Assembly (NCBI GenBank): GCA_963716985.1
Contig: OY970323.1
Span: 512,001-576,000 of the forward strand
DNA length: 64,000 bases
Reading direction: 5' to 3'
From: an uncultured bacterium
GTDB lineage: Bacteria > Chlamydiota > Chlamydiia > Chlamydiales > SM23-39
Position 1 is the first letter of the stretch; each line of letters begins with the position of its first letter. This document shows positions 28,291-37,658 of the stretch, in pieces. The notes below the pieces were generated by a model. The model did not search any database. It was not told where the DNA came from and saw only the letters and a list, made by a program, of their open reading frames with translations. The translations under genes were made by a program, and so were the position numbers.

Positions 28291-29667
28291 TTAAGGTTGG
28301 GACTGATGATTGAACCATGCAGGTAGCGCAAGAAGTAGCGAACCACATGCTACGCCAACCAGGACCGCTATCTTTAGACATGTCCTTAGACCTTCTGAGT
28401 TCGGCCTACGGCCAACCACCTGTCGTTCCAAAGATTCTCGATGTCTTCTTATTGCTTCATCTGCTTCACGTCGTTCTGTTTCTCTACGTAGATGATCGGC
28501 GATTTGGTTATGACCAGTTGCGAGAGCAATTCTAATAGCTAAACTTCGGTCATCCTCCGAAATAGGCCCATCAAGTAGAAAGCAAATCTTAACATAGTCA
28601 TCTAGCCCGGCAGCGATTTGAACAGACACGCCACGATCACGAGCACGACCTGCTAATATGCGATCGACAACGGCTCGAGCCAGCTCGGAAATAACAGTAC
28701 CATCTGCCAGTAGACGATCGACGACGTTTTGATGGCCATGTTCGGAAGCTGCTCTAACAGCTTGGACTCGAGCAAACTCGGGAATAACAGCACCATCTGC
28801 CAATAGGCGCTCGACGACGTTTAGGTGGCCATGGAAGGCAGCTGCTTCAACAGCGTCGTTTCGAGCAAACTCGGGAATAACAGCACCATCTGCCAGTAGG
28901 CACTCGACGATGTTTAAATAGCCGTTGCTAGCAGCTGTTTCAACGGCTTCGCCTCGAGCCGTCTCGGAAATAACAGCACCATCTGCCAATAGACGATTGA
29001 TGGTACCCACATGACCATTTATCGCAGCTGCTATAACAGCATAGTCTCGAAACTTATCCTGAATGGTAACGCCCTCTGCCAATAGACAATTGACGATAGC
29101 TACATGACCATTTTTAGCAGCTTCTAAAAAAGCGATGCTTCGATCAAGTTTGGAAATGGTTCCATCGCGTAGCAATCGAGAAACGATGTCTGTATGGCCA
29201 CGTTGAGCCGATTCTCTAACTGCTACTCCTCGAGCATTTCTGGAAAGGATGCGATGACCACATAAGAGCCGACCGGCGGCAAGCAAATCGTTTTCATCAT
29301 ACCCAGGAGTTAAAAGTCTTCGGACTTCAAGTAAATCGTGCAGGCCATGACCGCATTTGAGGATATGGTCGACGCCAAAGACTCCAAGCAAATTTCCCAA
29401 ACATGCTGCCTTGATCACTTCTCTTTCTGTCTCAGGAGTTGCAAGCAAAACTTCAATATTTCGACGGCAAAGCGGACAGGGTATACGCCCTTGGCCTTGG
29501 TTTGCTTTTAGCAATGCTTCTAAGCACTTTTGATGAAGAAAATGAGGGAGGCTTTGTCTAGGGTGGAGATCGACTCGGTTTTTCGGATTGGATATATCTT
29601 TAAAACATATCGGACATTTCGGTAAGCCATCAGATGATTGAAGTGTTTTGGTGGTCATATGATTCAT
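28291..29667 (-). CDS. RING-finger plus ankyrin-repeat protein with a C-terminal TM segment (candidate effector)
   Basis: CPIC..H..HFLHQKC..CPLC; repeats AAxNGHxxIVxxLLADGA; hydrophobic tail. Confidence 0.85.
   Translation of the reverse strand: MNHMTTKTLQSSDGLPKCPICFKDISNPKNRVDLHPRQSLPHFLHQKCLEALLKANQGQGRIPCPLCRRNIEVLLATPETEREVIKAACLGNLLGVFGVDHILKCGHGLHDLLEVRRLLTPGYDENDLLAAGRLLCGHRILSRNARGVAVRESAQRGHTDIVSRLLRDGTISKLDRSIAFLEAAKNGHVAIVNCLLAEGVTIQDKFRDYAVIAAAINGHVGTINRLLADGAVISETARGEAVETAASNGYLNIVECLLADGAVIPEFARNDAVEAAAFHGHLNVVERLLADGAVIPEFARVQAVRAASEHGHQNVVDRLLADGTVISELARAVVDRILAGRARDRGVSVQIAAGLDDYVKICFLLDGPISEDDRSLAIRIALATGHNQIADHLRRETERREADEAIRRHRESLERQVVGRRPNSEGLRTCLKIAVLVGVACGSLLLALPAWFNHQSQP
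28680..29240 (-). repeat. 93-bp (31-aa) tandem ankyrin-like repeats
   Basis: AACAG(C/T)ACCATCTGCCA recurs at 28693, 28786, 28879 and 28972. Confidence 0.85.
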
Positions 29668-29952
29668 TTTGAGTTAATTTTGTTGTTTTATTATAAGTTA
29701 TGTAATAATTAAATACAAATAATTATATATATTTATAGTTTTTAAAAAATATTATTTCTTAATACTGTGAATATTCTATTTTTGTGATTAAAAATTTGAA
29801 TTGCCAAGAGGGCGAGGGAGCAAAAGAAGAAGAGCCTTACCGTGCACTCACGAGAGTGTCTCGAACGAAAAAAATATTATTGAAATTTCAAGACACAAAT
29901 TGATTTCTTCCATAGAATATTTTTTGTTTTTTGCAGAAAGGGAGGGTTTTTT

Positions 29953-31965
29953 ATGAAAAATCCAATGAAATATTCCCACCTGTTCGTAAGCTCTCTTCTC
30001 CTCTGTTCCTTTCCCAGTTTCATGGCGTATCCTCAGGAGATCAGTGAGCGGATATTCCCCATTCCCTCAATCAATGGTCATTTAAGTCCATTTATCCAGA
30101 GATTATTCATGGAGAACCATGTTCTTTCCTATGACGCGATTTTAGAACTTATTGAACAGATAGAAAATGATGAACTGGACGAATCCTGTACGCCGGAAGA
30201 TTGGAATCAGATCTGCCATTTTTTGGCCTATTTAGCTCGGCAGGGAACGATGCCCAGCGCCACAGAAGAAGAAAAGGCAGAGCTTGAGAGGGACATTGAG
30301 GAACTGCTCAATTCCTGCAAGGAAGTGGAGCGCAGCTCTTATTTTCTGGAATCAAAAGAATATGCTGTTGTTCCTGCCGTCTACTCCTACGAAGGCGACC
30401 ATGCAGAGCTTTGCAAAAGCTGGATCCATAAGCAGTGGAATCATACCAAACATTTCATCAAACATCATAAAGTAGCTGTGATCGTAGGCTCTGTGCTGGT
30501 CGTTGCCGCTGTAGTTGTCGTTACTACTGTGGTCGTTGCATCTTCAACTGCAGCAGCCGCAACTGCCGCTGCAGCTGCCAAGAACTCTAAATCTAAAGAA
30601 TCGCCAAAGACGGCCTTTGGAGATGAAAGCTCTTGCGATGCTTCTCTATCGAATCAGGAGGAAACTCTTGAGGCCGTTGAAAATCAGGTTTCTGCTCTGA
30701 AGACAATTGCTGATAAAAATGATTTTTTGGCCTCGAATGACCCAAAGAGCGATCTATTCGATAAAGACAATGCCCGGACCGTTGGTTCAGCCCTGACCCA
30801 TGAAACGATCGATTCAGTTGCTTTTAGCGCTCCATCAACTCCTCTCTCGTCAGAAGCCTTGAATCTGACGATTGCTACAGGACATGGAGTTGCCGACCTA
30901 GCTTTTTCAACAGAACAATCGGTTCACCATGTGAACCAAGAACCTTCTTTGGATGATCTCGAAAGTCGTTTGCAAAAAAATGTAGTCTATTGCCAGGGAG
31001 AACAAGCGCTTAAAACTGGAAATTACGAACAGGCAATCGACCATTTTAGTCAAGCGATTGCCGCAGATCCCCAAAACAACGAAGCCTATTTGCAACGGGC
31101 TGTAGCGTATATGGAGCTGGAAGAATACGAGCATTCCCTAAGCGATTATAGCACCTATTCGGCACAGGAAACGCTTCCTTCGAAAGACACTTTATCGAAT
31201 ACTGTCGATTTTGGCGTTGGCTTTGCGAAGGGCTTGCCCAAAGGAGTTATGGAATCGGGCCACCAATTGGCCGCATTTGCATCTGAGCTGGTTTCTCATC
31301 CAATCGATACCGGTAATAATGTATGCAGAGCATTTACAAGTCTTGCAAAACTTGCCCTTTCTCAGGAATGGGCGACTTTAAGCCAGTCGCTAGCTCCCGA
31401 GGTGTGTCAGCTTATCAATGAGTGGAACCTACTCTCATCTCAGCAGCAGGGAGAGCGTTCCGGATACATCTTTGCCAAATATGGCGGAGATATTTTGATC
31501 CCCGGCGCTGCGGCCAAAGTGCTCTCGAAGGGCATCGAAGGAGCCAAGGAGATCGCCCTTGCTGCCAAAAATTTAGAAACCGCAGAACAAACACTTGCTT
31601 TGGAAGCACTTTCGCAGTCTGCGAAAAACTCTCTTCCTTTTGCAAAGAGTCCTTTCGCAAATTCAATCAGTGAATCAGAAAATAGAGCTTTTAGGGCTGA
31701 AACCAATAGAAAAAGACATGCAAAATTTTTACAAGATTATTTTGAAAAACCGACTAAAGAAATTCAAAAAGGCATCGTAAGCTATGAAAAACAAATTGCT
31801 ATTCATCAAGAAAAAATCTCAAACCCATCAAAGTATATTAAAAACTGGCATGAATTAGACCCAAGAAAACAGGAGGCATTAATCAATAAGATCTGGCCTG
31901 CTGAGATACAGCTCTATACGGAACAGAGAGACATTCTTCAATTTATTTTAAACCAAAGGGAATAG
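29953..31965 (+). CDS. Polymorphic toxin: signal peptide, hydrophobic segment, TPRs, conserved pre-toxin region and variable C-terminal domain
   Basis: TPRs (GNYEQAIDHFSQAIAADPQNNEAYLQRA); region 31200-31622 is repeated downstream with different C-termini. Confidence 0.8.
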   Translation: MKNPMKYSHLFVSSLLLCSFPSFMAYPQEISERIFPIPSINGHLSPFIQRLFMENHVLSYDAILELIEQIENDELDESCTPEDWNQICHFLAYLARQGTMPSATEEEKAELERDIEELLNSCKEVERSSYFLESKEYAVVPAVYSYEGDHAELCKSWIHKQWNHTKHFIKHHKVAVIVGSVLVVAAVVVVTTVVVASSTAAAATAAAAAKNSKSKESPKTAFGDESSCDASLSNQEETLEAVENQVSALKTIADKNDFLASNDPKSDLFDKDNARTVGSALTHETIDSVAFSAPSTPLSSEALNLTIATGHGVADLAFSTEQSVHHVNQEPSLDDLESRLQKNVVYCQGEQALKTGNYEQAIDHFSQAIAADPQNNEAYLQRAVAYMELEEYEHSLSDYSTYSAQETLPSKDTLSNTVDFGVGFAKGLPKGVMESGHQLAAFASELVSHPIDTGNNVCRAFTSLAKLALSQEWATLSQSLAPEVCQLINEWNLLSSQQQGERSGYIFAKYGGDILIPGAAAKVLSKGIEGAKEIALAAKNLETAEQTLALEALSQSAKNSLPFAKSPFANSISESENRAFRAETNRKRHAKFLQDYFEKPTKEIQKGIVSYEKQIAIHQEKISNPSKYIKNWHELDPRKQEALINKIWPAEIQLYTEQRDILQFILNQRE

Positions 31966-31975
31966 TTTTAAATTT

Positions 31976-32215
31976 ATGAATGATAAAAAATTTGAGCATT
32001 ACATAAAAGATCTGGGGGTCTTAATTAAAGAAAAAGCGCGAGAAGCGAAGATTAATGAAGTCAATTCTGATGCTAAAAATGCTGATTATAATATAGGGTA
32101 CCTTATGGCTTTCCATGAAATAATTGTCCTTATGAAGCATCAGGCAATGGTTTTCAATATTGAACAAGAAGATATTGGTTTGGCTGATATAAATGCAGAA
32201 ACAGATTTGTTATAA
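31976..32215 (+). CDS. Putative cognate immunity protein 1
   Basis: Small, acidic, AT-rich ORF starting 10 nt after the toxin stop codon. Confidence 0.7.
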   Translation: MNDKKFEHYIKDLGVLIKEKAREAKINEVNSDAKNADYNIGYLMAFHEIIVLMKHQAMVFNIEQEDIGLADINAETDLL

Positions 32216-32216
32216 G

Positions 32217-32291
32217 CTCGACTTTGCAACTTTTTGCTGCATAAATCATGCCGTCTGAAGTACTCGTTTCACTATAGCCCGTCCATTCCGT
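32217..32291 (-). mobile_element. IS701-like right-end remnant
   Basis: CTCGACTTTGCAACTTTTTGC matches the reverse complement of the IS701 end at 3250-3270 at 20/21 positions. Confidence 0.7.
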
Positions 32292-32325
32292 TACTGTCGA
32301 TTTTGGCGTTGGCTTTGCCAAAGGC

Positions 32326-33198
32326 TTGCCCAAAGGAGTTATGGAATCGGGCCACCAATTGGCCACATTTGCATCTGAGCTGGTTTCTCATCCAATCGAT
32401 ATCGGTAATAATGTATGCAGAGCATTTACAAGTCTTGCAAAACTTGCCCTTTCTCAGGAATGGGCGACTTTAAGTCAGTCGCTGGCACCCGAAGTATGTC
32501 AGCTTGTCAATGAGTGGAACCTACTTTCATCTCAGCGGCAGGGAGAGCGTTCCGGATACATCGTTGCCAAATATGGCGGAGATATTTTGATCCCCGGCGC
32601 TGCGGCCAAAGTGCTCTCGAAAGGCATCGAAGGAGCCAAGGAGATCGCCCTTGCTGCCAAAAATTTAGAAACCGCAGAACAAACACTTGCTCTGGAAGCA
32701 CTCTCTCAATCTGCCCGGAGTTCTACAGCCTTTGCTGAAATGTCGACGCAATTAAGTACTGAATCTGAGAAGATCGTAATCACGACGAAGGGGGAGAAAT
32801 TTCTTCGAGAAAATGGTCTTTGGGAATCGTTTCAGAAATGTAGAAGGGCAGAAAAGTTTCTTGAACCATTTCAGGGCCAATATTTACCTGAAATTCGCGT
32901 GAGGGATTTGATTCATGAAGCAGGGATGCCAACGTTCCCTCGTCCTCAAGGAATACCGAATAATTTTCGAATTACATTTTCAGACAAAGGTGCTGGAATG
33001 AAATATGTGCATCCGAATGATGAAGGAACTTATGTAAGAGTCATGCCAGGGAAATCTCATAGTCAGTTTCCACATCAACAAAAACCTTATGTGGTTCGAA
33101 TGAAGAATGGTCAGAATTTAGATAAATTAGGTAATAATGTATCTCAGGGTGCTATTGAGGCGCATATTCCATTAGATGAATTTTTTTATATAGAGTAA
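32326..33198 (+). CDS. Orphan toxin cassette 1 (pre-toxin homology plus a different C-terminal domain, possible RNase)
   Basis: DNA homology to 31200-31622 starts near 32292; C-terminus YVHP..VRVMPGK..QQKPYV..LDKLGN..EAHIPL. Confidence 0.8.
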   Translation: MPKGVMESGHQLATFASELVSHPIDIGNNVCRAFTSLAKLALSQEWATLSQSLAPEVCQLVNEWNLLSSQRQGERSGYIVAKYGGDILIPGAAAKVLSKGIEGAKEIALAAKNLETAEQTLALEALSQSARSSTAFAEMSTQLSTESEKIVITTKGEKFLRENGLWESFQKCRRAEKFLEPFQGQYLPEIRVRDLIHEAGMPTFPRPQGIPNNFRITFSDKGAGMKYVHPNDEGTYVRVMPGKSHSQFPHQQKPYVVRMKNGQNLDKLGNNVSQGAIEAHIPLDEFFYIE

Positions 33199-33202
33199 TT
33201 AT

Positions 33203-33571
33203 ATGGGCATTGAAAATATTGATAAAAAAAGTTTTATGAAAGATTTTTTTGACAACATGGATTTGATTGCAGACAAAGAACAACAAAAAAGGGCATGGAT
33301 AATGGGGATCGGCCCTGTTTACTATGATTTTGATGAAGCAGTGATCATTTTTTTTGAGCACGTTGAAATTATTTTAAAAAATTATAGAGATTTTAATATT
33401 GATGAAAGTCAGCATCTTTTATTAAAATCATTTTCGAATGAGTTTAAAACTTTTTCTGATGAACATGATTGGCCACAAGACTTTATAGACACTCCCAAGT
33501 GGACGAAGATTACAGAAATGGCCAAAGAAGTGCTAGATGCTTTTCATTGGGAAAGGCATTCGAGCAAATAA
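33203..33571 (+). CDS. Putative immunity protein 2
   Basis: Directly follows the toxin; paralog of 34411-34782 (DKEQQKRAWI..DFDEAV..PKWTKITEMAKEVL). Confidence 0.72.
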   Translation: MGIENIDKKSFMKDFFDNMDLIADKEQQKRAWIMGIGPVYYDFDEAVIIFFEHVEIILKNYRDFNIDESQHLLLKSFSNEFKTFSDEHDWPQDFIDTPKWTKITEMAKEVLDAFHWERHSSK

Positions 33572-33793
33572 ACGTCCTTATAGTCAGTTTCCACGGCCAT
33601 TTTCATAATTCCGACATTTCGATCCCCCATAACGGCTCTCAAGCCGCTTGATTTTCCGGCGATTTACGAGCCCACAATTTCGCTCGGTTTCGCGGCCTGA
33701 CCGGTAGGTCGATGACTCCTAACAACCATCTTCTCACCTCAGCAGCAGGGAGAGCGTTCCGGATACATCTTTGCCAAATATGGCGGAGATATT

Positions 33794-34414
33794 TTGATCC
33801 CCGGCGCTGCGGCCAAAGTGCTGTCGAAGGGCATCGAAGGAGCCAAGGAGATCGCCCTTGCTGCCAAAAATTTAGAGACGGCAGAACAAACCCTTGCTCT
33901 GGAAGCCCTCTCTCAATCTGCCAGGAGTTCTACAACCTTTGCTGAAATGCCGACGCAATTGAGTGCTAAAGCCGAGGAGATAGTAATCACGACGAAGGGG
34001 GAGAAATTTCTTCGAGAAAATGGTCTTTGGGAATCATATGAAAAACATGAAAGAGCTCAGGAATTTTTAAAACCATATCGAAAACAATATCTTTCTGAAT
34101 CTCAAGTACGAGAACTGATTCACCAAACCGGAATGCCTACATTTCCAAGGCCACAGGGAATTCCAGACAATTTTCGTGTAAAAATCTCAGATCGAGGAGC
34201 TGGCATAGAATATGTGCATCCGACTAATGTACACATTCGCATCAGAGTTATGCCTGGGAAGCCTCACAGCTCTAATCTAGCTCAGCAACGTCCCTATGTA
34301 ATTTTTTCAAAACACGGAAAAGTGTTTGATAAAATAGGAAATATCGTGGATCCTTCGTCACCCGAAGCTCACATTCCATTGGATGAATTTAATCTTTCAA
34401 GGATTGGATTATGA
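33794..34414 (+). CDS. Orphan toxin cassette 2
   Basis: Homology starts near 33732; C-terminus is a diverged paralog of cassette 1. Confidence 0.8.
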   Translation: MIPGAAAKVLSKGIEGAKEIALAAKNLETAEQTLALEALSQSARSSTTFAEMPTQLSAKAEEIVITTKGEKFLRENGLWESYEKHERAQEFLKPYRKQYLSESQVRELIHQTGMPTFPRPQGIPDNFRVKISDRGAGIEYVHPTNVHIRIRVMPGKPHSSNLAQQRPYVIFSKHGKVFDKIGNIVDPSSPEAHIPLDEFNLSRIGL

Positions 34415-34782
34415 AAATTTCTGATGAAGATAAAAAACAGATATTACTAGGTTTTATTAAAATATTTACACGTATTTATGATAAGGAATATCAGCAAAGA
34501 GTTTGGATTGACGGAAGAGGGCCGGAATGCGACGATTTTGACGATACAGTGTGCGATTTTTTTGGAGTCGGCGACTCGATTATAGAAAATTATAAGGACT
34601 TCGGGATTACGGATCAGCAGAAGCATCTTTTGATGCGATTTCGTGATGAATTTAAAACTTTTTCTGATGAACATGATTGGCCCCAAGACTTTATAGACAC
34701 TCCCAAGTGGACAAAGATTACAGAAATGGCCAAAGAAGTGCTAGGTGCTTTTCATTGGGAAAAAAAATCTCCTAAGAATTAA
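34411..34782 (+). CDS. Putative immunity protein 3
   Basis: ATGA overlap with the toxin gene; paralog of immunity 2. Confidence 0.72.
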   Translation: MKISDEDKKQILLGFIKIFTRIYDKEYQQRVWIDGRGPECDDFDDTVCDFFGVGDSIIENYKDFGITDQQKHLLMRFRDEFKTFSDEHDWPQDFIDTPKWTKITEMAKEVLGAFHWEKKSPKN

Positions 34783-34821
34783 GAGATTTCTTCTCTTGGG
34801 GTACGCGATCTTCCGGGCGCC

Positions 34822-34848
34822 AAAAAAAGGAGATCGTTCGATCTCCTT
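34822..34848 (-). terminator. Rho-independent terminator of clpC
   Basis: Minus strand AAGGAGATCG-AA-CGATCTCC-TTTTTTT just after the stop codon. Confidence 0.75.
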
Positions 34849-34857
34849 GCATGGTTT

Positions 34858-37380
34858 TTAAGTGTTGCTAGGCACGCTGATCGCAGGAGGTTCAACGGGT
34901 TCTTTCTTTTCCTGTTCGATGAAGAAGATCTCGTTATTTTTCGTAGAGATAATGTAATCTTTTTGGAGGTTCGGGAAGAGAAGAAGCTTTTCTGCAAGAG
35001 GATCTTCCAAATAGTGCTCGATGACCCGTCGCAGAGGCCTTGCTCCCATTTCGGGCTGAAATCCTTTTTCAACGAGGAGGATTTTGGCAGCGTCATCCAG
35101 AGTTAGGTGAATGTTTTTATGGGCTACTCGAGATTGCAGTTTGTTGAATTCGAGATCGACGATCTTCAGTAAAGACTCCTTGTCGAGCGTCTTGAAGACG
35201 ACGATGTCGTCGAGTCTATTGATGAATTCCGGTTTGAAATGCTTCTTTACGGCTCCTTCGATCTTTTGTTTCATGTTGTTATAATCGAGAACACCCTCTT
35301 TGGCGCTGAATCCCATCTCCGATTTTCGAATGAGATCGGCACCCAAGTTGGAGGTCATCACGATGATCGTATTGCGGAAATCTACCTTTCTTCCGAAAGA
35401 GTCGGTGAGCCGTCCCTCTTCCAGGATCTGCAGAAGAAGATTCATCACATCCGGATGCGCTTTTTCCACCTCATCGAAAAGGATGACGCAATAGGGACGC
35501 TGCCGCACCTGTTCAGTGAGCTGTCCTCCCTCTTCATATCCGACGTAGCCCGGGGGAGAGCCGGTGATGCGGCTGACGGCAAATTTTTCCATGTATTCCG
35601 ACATGTCTACTTGAATGAGAGCATCTTCTCCGCCAAACATGTGTTCGGCAAGAAGGCGCGCCATGTGTGTTTTCCCCACTCCGGTAGGGCCTAAGAAAAG
35701 GAAAGAACCAATGGGCCGGTTCGGATCTTTGATGTCGGCCCTGCTTCTGCGGATGGCCCTGCAGACGGTGCTCAAAGCTTCTAATTGTCCGATGACGCGG
35801 GTAGAGAGGGATTTTTCCATGTTGAGGATTTTTTCCGTCTCTCCTTGGGTCAGGCGAGAAACGGGAATGCCTGTCTGTCTTGCAACGATTTTTGCAATGT
35901 CCTCTTCGTCTACAATGGTCCGATGCTCTTCTTTTGAATTTTCCCATTCATTGCGGATTTGCTGCAGTTTGTCCCGAAGATTTTTTTCCGAGTCGCGTAA
36001 GTTTGCCGCCTTTTCATAATCTTGTTTGTTGATCGACTCTTCTTTTGCGAGACGGAGCTTTTCAATATCGGCTTCGTATTGGGTGATCTCGGTGGGCTGG
36101 TGCATCATGGTAATGCGCGCTTTGGCCCCGGCCTCATCCATCAGGTCGATGGCCTTATCGGGAAGGTAGCGGGCGGAAATATAGCGATCCGAGAAATGGA
36201 CGGCGCCCTTGATGGCGGCGTCGGTATAGTTGCATTTGTGATGCTCTTCATATTTGGGTTTGAGGCCATACAAAATTTGGGCGGTCTCTTCTAAGGTAGG
36301 GGGCGGAACGTGGATTTTTTGGAAGCGCCTCTCGAGGGCGGCATCTTTTTCGATGTGCTTGCGATACTCGTCGAGAGTGGTGGCTCCGATGCACTGAATT
36401 TCTCCGCGAGACAGTGCGGGCTTTAAAATATTCGACGCATCGATGGCTCCTTCCGCAGCTCCGGCGCCCACGATCGTATGTAGCTCGTCGATGAAGAGAA
36501 GGATGTTGCCATTCTTCTTGATTTCATCCATGACGGCCTTGATGCGCTCTTCAAATTGACCGCGGTATTTGGTTCCGGCGATCATCAGGGTCAAATCGAG
36601 AGAGATGAGCCTTTTCCTGCGCAGATTGTCGGGAACCTCTCCATGAACAATCGCGTGGGCAAGTCCTTCGACGATCGCAGTTTTTCCAACTCCGGCCTCT
36701 CCTACGAGAACGGGATTGTTTTTGCGCCGTCTGCAAAGAATGAGGATTAATCGTTCTACCTCTGATTTTCTTCCGATGACGGGATCGAGTTTTCCCTCTC
36801 TGCAAAGCTCCGTGAGGTCGTGTCCATAGGCGCGAAGGGCCGGTGTCTTATCAGCGGCAGAGCGATCACTGCTTCCGCGCGGCGTGTTTGCGGCGGAGGG
36901 TGCTTGGCCATTGACGCTGCCGACCGGCGGCAGCTGCAAATTAAAGGTTTCGAGTTCTTTTAATACCTCTTTGCGCACCTCTTTTAAGTTCACGTTCAAG
37001 TTCTCTAAGACCTGCACGGCCACTCCGTCGTTTTGCCTTAAGAGGGCGAGAAGCAGATGCTCGGTCCCGACGTAATTATGGTTGAGGTTGGCAGCTTCTT
37101 CGTTGGCGCATTCGAAGACCTTTTTGACCTTGCCCGTAAGAGCAGGATCGCCGTAGACCTGTGTCTCAGGACCGAATCCGACCACTTTTTCGATCTCCGC
37201 TCTGGCCACATCGTAGGTGACGTTGAGATTACGAAGGACGTTGACGGCAATGCCCTGTCCGAGCTTTAGAAGGCCTAAAAGGATGTGCTCCGTGCCGAGA
37301 TAGTTATGATTGAGTTTCTGCGCCTCTTTTTTGGCCAGTTTGATCACTTGTTTGGCTCTATTGGTAAATTTATCAAACAT
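34858..37380 (-). CDS. clpC: ATP-dependent Clp protease ATPase subunit ClpC
   Basis: Clp N repeats, two Walker A motifs ([16 protein letters not shown]) and a UVR-like middle domain. Confidence 0.97.
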   Translation of the reverse strand: MFDKFTNRAKQVIKLAKKEAQKLNHNYLGTEHILLGLLKLGQGIAVNVLRNLNVTYDVARAEIEKVVGFGPETQVYGDPALTGKVKKVFECANEEAANLNHNYVGTEHLLLALLRQNDGVAVQVLENLNVNLKEVRKEVLKELETFNLQLPPVGSVNGQAPSAANTPRGSSDRSAADKTPALRAYGHDLTELCREGKLDPVIGRKSEVERLILILCRRRKNNPVLVGEAGVGKTAIVEGLAHAIVHGEVPDNLRRKRLISLDLTLMIAGTKYRGQFEERIKAVMDEIKKNGNILLFIDELHTIVGAGAAEGAIDASNILKPALSRGEIQCIGATTLDEYRKHIEKDAALERRFQKIHVPPPTLEETAQILYGLKPKYEEHHKCNYTDAAIKGAVHFSDRYISARYLPDKAIDLMDEAGAKARITMMHQPTEITQYEADIEKLRLAKEESINKQDYEKAANLRDSEKNLRDKLQQIRNEWENSKEEHRTIVDEEDIAKIVARQTGIPVSRLTQGETEKILNMEKSLSTRVIGQLEALSTVCRAIRRSRADIKDPNRPIGSFLFLGPTGVGKTHMARLLAEHMFGGEDALIQVDMSEYMEKFAVSRITGSPPGYVGYEEGGQLTEQVRQRPYCVILFDEVEKAHPDVMNLLLQILEEGRLTDSFGRKVDFRNTIIVMTSNLGADLIRKSEMGFSAKEGVLDYNNMKQKIEGAVKKHFKPEFINRLDDIVVFKTLDKESLLKIVDLEFNKLQSRVAHKNIHLTLDDAAKILLVEKGFQPEMGARPLRRVIEHYLEDPLAEKLLLFPNLQKDYIISTKNNEIFFIEQEKKEPVEPPAISVPSNT

Positions 37381-37429
37381 AAAAAAGCCCCTTGTCTGCT
37401 AACATAAATGATAACAATTTACGCAATTT

Positions 37430-37456
37430 TTTGCACTCGAATTGTTCAAGTGCTAA
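37430..37456 (-). promoter_or_regulatory. CIRCE element (HrcA operator) upstream of clpC
   Basis: Minus strand TTAGCACTT-N9-GAGTGCAAA versus consensus TTAGCACTC-N9-GAGTGCTAA (16/18), 50 nt before the ATG. Confidence 0.82.
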
Positions 37457-37658
37457 TTTTTTCAAAAATTTTCTTTCTACCCGTCTCTTTTGTGCTTATA
37501 AATGAAAATCTAATTTTTACGCTGTAAAAATATGGCCCGGGAAGAAATTAAAAAAAATTCTTACATCCGCGCGCGAAAAAGAGGCTAAAAACCAGCGAAA
37601 GACAGGGGTGGATTTTTTTTAAAAAGCCTCCTATAGTTGGCAAAAAAGGAGGTCCTCT

